A stretch of 64,000 nt of DNA from Eledone cirrhosa (Eukaryota): contig OZ024745.1 of NCBI GenBank assembly GCA_964016885.1, forward strand, positions 14,074,001 through 14,138,000, in the 5' to 3' direction. A program made the translations under genes and the position numbers. How positions within the stretch are numbered: position 1 is the first letter of the stretch; each line of letters begins with the position of its first letter. Shown piece by piece: positions 1 through 10,067 of this stretch. The notes beneath the pieces are model-generated. The model was not told where the DNA came from and searched no databases. It worked only from the letters and a program-made list of their open reading frames with translations.

Positions 1-716
1 TAACGGTAGAGATTGACATAATATTAGGATATAGTGGTAACTGTAGAGATTGACATAACAGTAAGTTATAGTGGTAGCTGTAGTGATTGACATAACGGTA
101 GAGATTGACATAATATTAGGATATAGTGGTAACTGTAGAGATTGACATAATAGTAGGTTATAGTGGTAGCTGTAGAGATTGACATAACAGTAAGCTATAG
201 TGGTAGCTGTAGTGATTGACATGACAGTAGAGATTGACATAACAGTAAGCTATAGTGATAGCTGTAGTGATTGACATAATAGTAGGTTATAGTGGTAGCT
301 GTAGTGATTGACATAACGGTAGAGATTGACATAATATTAGGATATAGTGGTAACTGTAGAGATTGACATAATAGTAGGTTATAGTGGTAGCTGTAGAGAT
401 TGACATAACGGTAGAGATTGACATAACAGTAAGCTATAGTGATAGCTGTAGTGATTGACATAAGACTAGGTTATAGTGGTAGCTGTAGAGATTGACATAA
501 CAGTAGAGATTGACATAATATTAGGATATAGTGGTAACTGTAGAGATTGACATAATAGTAGGTTATAGTGGTAGCTGTAGAGATTGACATGATGGTAGAG
601 ATTGACATAATATTAGGATATAGTGGTAACGGTAGAGATTGACATAATATTAGGATATAGTGGTAACTGTAGAGATTGACATAATATTAGGATGTAGTAG
701 TAGCTGTAGAGATTGA
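1..716. repeat. Minisatellite of mixed ~37-bp and ~17-bp units (GATTGACATAATAGTAGGTTATAGTGGTAGCTGTAGA)
   Basis: GATTGACAT recurs every 17 or 37 bp; truncated by window start. Confidence 0.95.
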
Positions 717-800
717 GCTTTGTCAATGAAGGTAAATGAAGCCGTCCTGATAAAAAAAGAATGGGTTTATTTAATTTTTTAAAATTTCATATCACATTAG

Positions 801-920
801 GTGAAAAATAGTGTTCTTGGTTACAGGTTTCCAAAGTGCAAGTCCCTGGTTTACTGCATTTCTAACATCAACAGTGATAAGGGAGTATCTGTGCAACTTG
901 GACAGAACAAATGTCACATG
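801..920 (+). CDS. Probable penultimate coding exon of an unidentified host gene (VKNSVLGYRFPKCKSLVYCISNINSDKGVSVQLGQNKCHM)
   Basis: ttag|GTG acceptor, ATG|gtattt donor, 120-bp open phase-0 frame, non-repetitive sequence. Confidence 0.55.
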
Positions 921-1466
921 GTATTTTTATTGGAAAGCATTGGGGTTTTTTTTTCTGCTGATATACATTGACAGAAGATACACACACATAAATAGATACA
1001 CACAAACAGATACAGACACACATAAATAGATACACACAAACACTTACAGAGACACACCTGCATACAGGCATACATAGATACACATGAAAACACACTTGCA
1101 CATATAAATAGATACACAAAAAAACACATACTCAGACACACAAACATCACAAATAGATACACTCACATACAGAAGCACACAAACACGCACACAAAGACAT
1201 ACATACATACACATACAAATACACATGCACACATATACAAATTTCTGCAGTTTCCATCTATATTCCACTAAATGTCCAAAACTGGTAGAAGGCATTTGTC
1301 AAAGGTGCCACTCAGTGGGATCAAGCCTAGACCCTTGTGGTTACAGACTTAACTTCTTAACTACTCTGCCACACCTGCAACCATAGTTTTCTCCCTATTG
1401 AGTTTTTTTAATTTTAAAAAGTGGATGAGGGGAAAGTAAAAATATTGGTTTTAATTCTTATTTCAG

Positions 1467-1496
1467 ACAGTCACACCTTTCACCCCCAAAATATGA
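1467..1496 (+). CDS. Probable terminal coding exon (TVTPFTPKI*), followed by AT-rich 3' UTR
   Basis: Acceptor ttcttatttcag, in phase with the 801-920 exon; AATAAA signals near 1720 and 2018. Confidence 0.5.
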   Translation, partial: TVTPFTPKI

Positions 1497-1553
1497 CAAA
1501 CCCCTTTAAAATAGCAGTTATTTGCTGAATCTAGAAAAATTCAATTCAATATG

Positions 1554-1690
1554 CAAGGGGCAGCAAAAGTAACACCCACCCTATTTTTAAAATTTAACAA
1601 CATTGAACGGAAACATTTTCTTAAATTACTGTAAATTTATTTTCGTTCAATTAATGATTAAAAAGGAGGCATAACTTTTGCCGCACCCTG
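1554..1690. mobile_element. Small Tc1/mariner-type MITE
   Basis: Imperfect TIRs CAAGGGGCAGCAAAAGTAA / TAACTTTTGCCGCACCCTG followed by TA. Confidence 0.5.
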
Positions 1691-3170
1691 TATATTGTGC
1701 ATTGTAAATGTTGCTTGTAAAATAAAGGTGAAACTTAAGACACAAGTATATGGTAAATGCAGGGTTTGGAATGGACAAGAACCATTGTGAAGAGGAAAAA
1801 AAAATCTCTGTAGAATAACTTTTTATTTTACTACCTATTCTGTAATTGAATGGATTTCAACTGATTTTTTTTATAATTGTGTTTTGTAAAAATTGTTTGA
1901 TTCTTAAATATTTGTTTATAAATAATTCTTGTGTATTTGTGCACCAGACGCTGTGGATTCTTGAAATCTGTTACTAAGATCTTTTAGTTTCTGTGTAGTG
2001 GCACAAAGAAATATAAAATAAACCCTTTTGAATTGTATTGTGTTTTGTTTCTTTATATTAAATATAAGTTTGACAGCAGAGGCAACAAAGAGGAGTTCCT
2101 ATCAACAACATCTCCAAAGTCTCTGATATCCAAATGGACAAATCTCAGCAGAAGGGTACCCAGGAGTCATGACTCATGCAGTGTTCAATTTCCTGACATT
2201 TGTACTATACATGCACCTTTGGTGAGTTGTACTGCACCTGAGCACTACACAATACTTTTCATTATTATTATTATTATAAAAGTGTAAGAAGTTAAGGGCC
2301 AAACAACTTGCTTGAGAGGGGGGGGGGTTTCCTCTCTGAAGACATTCTGCTGTCCAGCTCTCCTGAGAGTTTCTTCTCTGAAGACCTCCAGCTGTCAAAC
2401 TCTCTTGAGTCTGAATATTTGGTAAATAGACATAAGTATTAATTAACTAATTAATGATTTCTAATTTAGGCACAAGGCCAACACTTTTGGGAGAGGGGAA
2501 AGTTGATTAAATTGAGCCCAGTATGTTACTGGTACTTTGTTTACTCTGTAAGGTGATAGTTTATTTGCTCTTGTTACCATATTTCTATTATGAAGGAGGG
2601 ATGTAATAATATAAATGAAAGAGTGTGACTTTGGGGTTAGGGTGATCAGTTCATTATCATTAGGTTGTGAGTTTGACATTGAGCAAGAGACTTTATTTTA
2701 TCTTGTCTACTCAGCTGGATTCCAAGGGTCAGCCTTGTCACTCTGTCATTCTGAATATCCTTGAGAATTACAATAAGGGATTACATCAGTCTTTAGAATG
2801 TTTAGCTAGGCATATTAATTTCACTGCCAGTCTATTCCAAATAAATGGAACACTCACCATCAGAGCAGACGAAGGTTCAACAACAACAGTAATATAACTT
2901 TCTCATTATTTATTTAGTGTTTGGATCATAACTTAACAAAAGTTCTTACATAAAATTAGGATGGAAGATTTTTAGATAAATAAAAACACTTATTTTATAT
3001 CATAGAATTTGGGGCAATTCCACTATCAAAATGATTAATGTTGGTACTAAAATTTATATTATTATTTATTGATAAATTAGAGGGCGGTGGATTGGCAGTA
3101 TCGGTAGAGGGTCGGACGCCATGCTTTGCAGCATAGAGTTACGGCCCTTTGTGGTCTGAGTTCAAATCCC

Positions 3171-3841
3171 GTATTTTGTCTCAAGCTAGACACGCTCAGA
3201 ACCATGAATAGGAGGAGGAGGTTAATGGACGACAGGCATAACGCCATGAATGTGGTGGAATTTGACAGAGTTTCATGGGGGAGAAAAAGGTTAACTGTAA
3301 TTTAACATTTTAAAATGTTTATATTTATATCAAATGTCCCATCATAATTTTTATATGTTCCAAACAACAGCTTAATAATGATAAAGTCAATTATTTTACT
3401 AAATCCTTCTTAACCTCTGATTATATAAAACATTGTTTGAAAACCATAGGTTGTATTTTTTTATTAGAAATATAATAAAAGAGTTAAGAATATGTCTTAT
3501 ACAGAATATCATTAAATCTTTTGTTTTATTGAGATATACTACTTACAGTTTTCAAATCAGTTTGAAAATCACCAAAAATTTAGAGGATTTAGTAATATAA
3601 CTAACTTTCTAATTATTAAGCTGGTGTTTAGAACATAACTTAGAACACGTTCTTATATAAAATTATGATGGGACATTTGATATAAATATAAACATTTAAA
3701 AATGTTAAATTACAGTTAACCCTTTTCTCCCCCATGAAACTCTGTCAAATTCCACCACATTCATGGCATTATGCCTGTCGTCTATCTTAACCCGCTCCTC
3801 CTATTCATGGCTCTGAGCTTGTCTAGCTTGAGACAAAATAC
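3171..3841. mobile_element. Foldback/MITE-like element with ~240-bp imperfect inverted arms, abutting a truncated SINE (3083-3170)
   Basis: GTATTTTGTCTCAAGCTAGACA... versus ...TGTCTAGCTTGAGACAAAATAC; ATCCC on both sides. Confidence 0.75.
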
Positions 3842-5354
3842 ATCCCTCCTCCCAGGGAAGAGAAGGTCCCCCAGTTGACTTAATCACCGACAACCTCTCT
3901 ACTACTGGTGCATGATAAAAAGTACTTAGTACTCTTTGTAAAGAGGTTGGTGTTGGGAAGCATGATGCCAAACAAAAGGTTGAGAGGACTTTTCAGTTAT
4001 GCCACGGAGACGATAAATTCCATAATGCTGGAGCCATGATAAAATGCACTCAGTACATTCTATAAAGTCATTGGTATTAAGAAGGGAATCCAGCTGTTGA
4101 AACCATACCAAAACTGGAATGTATGTGAGACCATCGACCCGTCATAGAATCCTTGACGCCCCCCATCGATACCAGACATGTTAAAAAAAAAAAAATCAGT
4201 AAACATAAAATAAATAAAAAAATAAAGACTGGTTATACACAAATTAGAAACTTGTATAAACAAGTTGTGTTTTATTGTAGCATTACATATATTTCCATTT
4301 CTTATTCAAATGTAAGATTTTGGCGCAAACGTTCAATCAATCCCCTGCGTAGTCCCATCGAACCCACAGGTTCGATATCGACCACTATGGAGATTTCTAA
4401 TTTAAGCTAAACAATTTTTGTCACAGAATTTAACCTTGATTTAGTTATAAATTCAAGGTAAATAACTCCGACTAACATCATTTTTAGTCATCAATGGTTA
4501 ACTTCCGTTATAATAGTTCTCGTGAATAACACTGCCAAGTCATTTAAACAATAATCAATTATTTAGAGGGATTTAGTAATATAACTAACCCTCTCCAAAA
4601 CAAGTGTTTAGAACATCATTAAACACAGGTTCTTATATAGAACTATGATGCAAAGATTTTTAGAAAAAATATAAAGAAGTCTATATCATAGAACTAAAGC
4701 TAAAACAGCTAAACTATTAAATAAAATTATTACCACTATCCTTTTCATATGTAGTTTCCTACATTATAAGCTATATTTGTCTGATTAACAGAATATATTT
4801 TGTGAGTCATCCTTTACCCACATTTCCATATATTTTCATATAGAAATAATAGTTATTACGTTAATGGGCTGACAGAAATATGGCCCCACACCCGCCGCAA
4901 GAAAACATCAGCAACTCTATTTTACCCATATCAGTTGAAAACTTTGCCTCAGTTATGTCTCCTGAACGTGCAATTCTTCTATTGAACATATACTTCACTA
5001 TCAGGTGGGGCCGAGGGTGGCCAGCGCGTGGACCCCTATTTGCTTATAATAGTGAGAGATCGGGAGAACGAGAGTGAGGGGGGGGGGGTGAGTGAAAGAA
5101 AGAGAACATCAACATTTATTTACTTGATTATTTATTAGTAATGAATTAAAATTCATATAAATGTTTAAGAAAATATATATTTTATTGAGCGCTCAAACAA
5201 CTACGTGAGTGAAAGTTGAACTGACAATTAAGAGTTTCTTGGTAAACAATTCTATAACGCGAGACATTTCATAGATAAACAATGTAGAGTCGTTCTGATT
5301 AAATGACAATATATTTACGAGAGGAATTAAATCAATTCATCTTTATCTTTACTT

Positions 5355-5695
5355 TACAGTGTCATTAAAGCTGTATATAGTTATGGTGCGGCCATACTTA
5401 GAATTTACATCACCAGTCTGGAACCCCTATTTTGCTCAGAATATTGACCTCCTGGAAACTGTTCAGAGACGTGCAACCAAGCGAATACCCTCCATCAGGC
5501 TTTTACCATACTCTGAACGCCTTCCTTCCCTAGGCATGGATACATTGAAGCTCCGACGGCTGGCAACTGACTTGGTAAACACCGACAAAATTATTAACCA
5601 TCTTGCAAACAACAACCCTGAGCACCTTTTTGAATTCCATGTGTCTAACACACATGGGCATGCCTACAAAGTCAGAAAAAATCACAGCTCCAAAT
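5355..5695 (+). mobile_element. CR1/L2-group LINE 3' ORF2 fragment
   Basis: LYIVMVRPYLEFTSPVWNP...LETVQRRATK...YSERL...LRR motif typical of CR1-type ORF2 C-termini. Confidence 0.8.
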
Positions 5696-5781
5696 ACAAA
5701 CCCTAAAAATCGTGAATTGTGGAGAGACTTTTCAGGAATGTTTAATTGTGGTCAAAATGATGATGATGATGATGATGATGA

Positions 5782-5867
<86 letters not shown>

Positions 5868-5871
<4 letters not shown>

Positions 5872-6045
5872 TTGTGGGAACTAACTCACGAGAGACACAG
5901 TAGAGGAAGACCTGCACGAACATTCATCGATCTACTCTCAGACGATACAAACCCCAGTAAGGAGTTGTTGCCAGGAACTATGGAGAATCATCAATTGTGG
6001 AGAGACTTTGTCAGGAATATTAAACTGAGGTCGGAATGATGATTT
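5868..6045 (+). mobile_element. RTE-type LINE 3' terminal fragment
   Basis: LWE...RGRPARTFIDLL...WRDFV; same terminus also seen at ~5700-5760 followed by (GAT)n. Confidence 0.65.
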
Positions 6046-6333
6046 TAAATGTTGAAAATATTTTACACAAACGAGGTGTAATTTCTGACGGTTATTAAAA
6101 GGAATTATATACTATTCCGATGAGAAAATTTACTGTAGTAAAATATTTATATTTTGACAAGGACAGGGTATAATAACTTTGTGGCAACAATCTATAAAAA
6201 CATTATGTGATTCATTAATCCATTGGTAAATATAATTATAGAAATAAAGTAAATGTAATCTACTGTAAGTTACTGATATGAAAGGAAGATAACTCTTATA
6301 AGGGAGGTAACTCTTATAATCTCAACATGCAGA

Positions 6334-6797
6334 AAACTATTTTCTAAGGAAGAAAACTCTTACGCTAGAGTAATCTCCCATGTAAAATAATAAGGTAACG
6401 TCGAGTATGTGAGATATGTGTACCACCCTCCATACATGCACCATACACTCCACCACCAACTTCTCCCCCTCTAATATGTTTACTTATACCAATTATTCAT
6501 TGTCTTTTATTTCTATCTGACACATCTGGGTCTATTATCCAGTAATTTGGTGAGGGATACTCTCGGAAACATGAACCAGGGAACAAAGCTACAGACGGAT
6601 ATTGTCAGATGGAAGTAAAAGACAATGAATAGTTGGTATAAGTAAACGTATTAGAGGGGGAGAATTTGGTGGTGGGGTGTATGGTGCACGTGTGGAGGGG
6701 CAGGGATGTACACATATCTCACATACTCGACGTTACCTTATTATTTTACATGGGAGATTACTCTAGCGTAAGAGTTTTCTTCATTAGAAAATAGTTT
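6334..6797. repeat. Long imperfect inverted repeat (~200-bp arms)
   Basis: AAACTATTTTCTAA...CGAGTATGTGAGATATGTGTAC mirrored by GTACACATATCTCACATACTCG...TTAGAAAATAGTTT. Confidence 0.9.
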
Positions 6798-6840
6798 AAT
6801 ACTTTCGTTACCATATTTCTAATGAACGATAACCACCACT

Positions 6841-7080
6841 AAGACCCCAGACCTCACTCAGTGAGTGGAGTGGAACTCGTCAAATCGGGCCAAGGAAACA
6901 ATGTTTCCATTGGTACTTCAGTTGCTGACACTATCTACCCGTCACAACTCATGACAGAAAGAGCAACGTGAAATAAAGTGTCTTGCTCAAGGACATAACG
7001 CATCACCCGATCAAGGAACCGAACTCGCAACCTCACGATTGTGAATCCAATTCTTTAAACATTAAGTCATCCACCTTCAC
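6841..7080 (-). mobile_element. tRNA-derived SINE (family also at 8800-9025 and 58560-58755)
   Basis: Shared GGAACTCGTCAAATC...GGAAACAATGTTTCC body; B-box-like GGTTCCTTGATC/GAGTTCGGTTCC on minus strand. Confidence 0.75.
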
Positions 7081-7722
7081 ATTTCTTATGAAAGACTACC
7101 TTTAATTTAAAAAATAAAGAATTTGAAAGGTATTTAGTAATATAACTGACTTTCTCACTATTAAGCTGGTGTTTGGAATATAACTTAACACAGGTTCTTA
7201 TATAAAATTATGATGAAGATTTCTAGATTAATATAAACTCTTTAAAATAAATAGCCTTTTATAATAGAACAAATGGTTTGGTAGGAATAGGGTTAACTTA
7301 AGAATAGTGTCAGTGACCAGGTCACAAATAGTGCGACGAAACTGTTGACACCAAGAAATAAATGGCACATACATAACGTATTTAACAATTTTGTGTTTTC
7401 TACATGGCAAATTGGCAGAGTTGTTAAAGTACCAGAAATATTCTAAGTTCAAATCCTAGGTAGGTCGACTTTACCTTTTGTCTTTTTTTCGAGGAATGCT
7501 GGAATGTGTAGAATTATTGAATTATCGGACGAGATCTCTTGTGGTATCTGTTCTGGTTTTGTAAGTTTTTTTCTCGAAATCTTGATTCCTGTTACCAGAA
7601 GAACGGTCACACTTCTATCAGAAGTTACGATCAACAGATCAACAGATAGTTTCAGCAATGTAAAGCTCAAATATAGTTATATATGGAAATATAGTTTTCT
7701 TGGTCCGATCTGAGGACCGGCC

Positions 7723-7798
<76 letters not shown>

Positions 7799-7949
7799 TT
7801 CAATAACTAAAATTATTCTTCCACAATGTAACCAAGTTAGATAGTGTTATGGTGCAAGGGAGACAATTCTTCATAACAAGAGAGACAAATGTTTTCCTCA
7901 TTATTGATTGATAAATATTTTTATCTAAGTTGGTGTTGTTCCGGTTCAC

Positions 7950-8165
7950 TGAATTCTAAGTTCAAATACCGCCGAGTTACGATGAATGAAGTACCAGTTC
8001 TATACTGGAGTCAATTCTTCCTCTATCTCATGTTCTCTTTCTTTCTCTGGAAGTAATTGTTTGTGTTTCGCACTAGAGAGGGATGGGCTCTGCCAGGTTT
8101 AAAATTCCCAAGGCGTGCCGTATATCAGAATGGCGCCCCTACGGTTCCATTAAGAGTTAAGGGTT
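7950..8165 (+). mobile_element. Nin/Deu-type SINE derivative with extended tail
   Basis: AGTTCAAATACCGCCGAG...AAGTACCAG, then GAGAGGGATGGGCTC...TTTAAAA...GGCGCCCCTA tail shared with 57500-57760 and 60130-60372. Confidence 0.6.
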
Positions 8166-8183
8166 CTTTAATTTTATCATCTA

Positions 8184-8398
8184 CGAGGGTCGGCTGAAAG
8201 GTTCGTAGGCTGAAAAGTTCATAGTCTGACCAAGATACTCTCATGGAATGACCAAACGAGGTCTATTTTTTCAACATAGTCCCTAGAAAACAACAATGCA
8301 GTTATTAATAAAAAGAGTTGAAATTAATGCATGTAAGATTTCACAGCCCTAGCATCACTCCTTCATCGTCGATCTATGAACTTTTCAGCTTGCTTTCG
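8184..8398. mobile_element. Mariner-like MITE
   Basis: TA|CGAGGGTCGGCTGAAAGGTTCGTAG ... CTATGAACTTTTCAGCTTGCTTTCG|TA. Confidence 0.75.
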
Positions 8399-8646
8399 TA
8401 TATGTACGCGTATTTAATTAAAGTTTTTACATGTAATATTAATGTATACACATGTATTTGTGTATACAGATATACTATTATATATACATACATGCGCTAT
8501 CATGTAATATTGTGTATAGACATATAGTCTTGTATATAACATGCAATATAATGTATACATATACACTATTAGCTATACACATACACCATTATATACACAC
8601 GTACTATTATATTATGTACACATATACAGTATTATGTACACTAACG

Positions 8647-8678
<32 letters not shown>

Positions 8679-8799
8679 TACACACTCACACACACACACA
8701 TACACTCACACACACACGTACACACGCATACACACACACACACACACATATATATATGTGTGTGTGTGTATGTATATATATATATCGACAGTCGATCGA

Positions 8800-9022
8800 C
8801 AAGACCCCAGACCTCATTCACTGAGTGGGGTGGAACTCGTCAAATCAGACCGAGGAAACAATGTTTCCATTGGTCTTTCCAATTGCTAATACTATCTATC
8901 GGTTGCAACTCCAGGAAGAAGGAGCAACGTGAAATAAAATGTCTTGTTGAAGGACATAACACATCGCCCGGGAATCGAAATCAGAACCTCACGTTTGCGA
9001 ATTCAATTCTCTAATCACTCGG

Positions 9023-9025
<3 letters not shown>
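8800..9025 (-). mobile_element. tRNA-derived SINE
   Basis: Minus strand begins GGCCGAGTGATTAG (A-box like) ... TTCGATTCCC (B-box like); homologous to 6841-7080. Confidence 0.75.
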
Positions 9026-9116
<91 letters not shown>

Positions 9117-9122
9117 CATACA

Positions 9123-9158
<36 letters not shown>

Positions 9159-9190
9159 TATAAACATATATATATATATATATATATATA

Positions 9191-9263
<73 letters not shown>
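9026..9263. repeat. (AT)n microsatellite at the 3' end of the Penelope element
   Basis: Direct reading. Confidence 0.95.
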
Positions 9264-9265
<2 letters not shown>

Positions 9266-9678
9266 TTTCTGAATTTGTTTAGCAAGATTCTTTATCTGAA
9301 ATCGTGTGTTGAAACCGATATTGTTATACTTTGGGAGGGTCATGTTGCCAATAAGAAACACACGCACCAGTTGCTTTCACTTCAATTTATTATATATTTA
9401 TAAATTTATAAATTTACAAATTTACAAACTTATAAATTTCTGGTTGGTTCCACAACCAGATAGTTGTTTATATATAGTCATAGTCCTTTCGTCACACACT
9501 CTGTGACCTCTTCAGTGACTGGGGATTCCTTTCTTTGTTTCTGTGCCTTTCCTTTCTTCTATCCTACGCCATTTTGTTTCTGTGTGTGTGTTGTGTGCTC
9601 AGTTTGCGCATGCGCCACATCCGGGTGTCTGTGTGTGTTTGTGTTCATTTATCTATTTGTTTATTTATTTATTTATTT
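9263..9678 (-). repeat. 3' pLTR of the PLE
   Basis: Matches 13405-13820 with no differences noticed by eye. Confidence 0.95.
9476..9520 (-). ncRNA. Minimal type I hammerhead ribozyme in the 3' pLTR
   Basis: AGUCA CUGAAGA G GUCACA GAGUG UGUGAC GAAA G GA CUA UGACU: stem I AGUCA/UGACU, 6-bp stem II, CUA cleavage triplet. Confidence 0.8.
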
Positions 9679-9797
9679 ATTGTTGGTTGGTTGTTTGTTC
9701 TATGTGTGTGTGTGTTTTCATTTTGTCCTGTGTGTGTTTTCATTTTGTCCTTAATTGTAAGTTGTTTGTTCTATGTGTGTGTGTTTTCATTTTGTCC

Positions 9798-10067
9798 TTA
9801 ATTGTAAGTTGTGATGTTGCTGTTCCACTCATATTTTCTATTTAATTTTGGTTTTAATTCTTTTATGCTTACTGCCTCTGTAATTTGCCTAAACATTGCG
9901 TCTTTTCTGTGTGTGGATTCTATTTTTATTTCTATGCTCTCTAATCTACCCCTGTGTTCTATCTTAGCATGTTGGTAGAGCACAGATGATTCTTTATTAT
10001 CTTGGAGGTCTCGCCAGTGTTCATTTATTCGTTCCCCTATACTACGAGCTGTCTCACCTATGTACAC
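9798..10067 (-). pseudogene. Frameshifted C-terminal half of the PLE GIY-YIG endonuclease
   Basis: VYIGETARSIGERINEH...RQITEAVSI...PKLN continues the domain in another frame after an apparent ~10-bp duplication (AAAATATA). Confidence 0.85.

Noticed and set aside
1-716. CRISPR-like periodicity (also 16645-19550)
   Set aside because: No unique spacers, no cas genes, eukaryotic context; ordinary minisatellites
10054-10056. TGA inside the GIY-YIG domain as possible selenocysteine (as in Naiad PLEs)
   Set aside because: The domain continues in a different frame, so this is a frameshift; the endonuclease is also C-terminal, unlike Naiad
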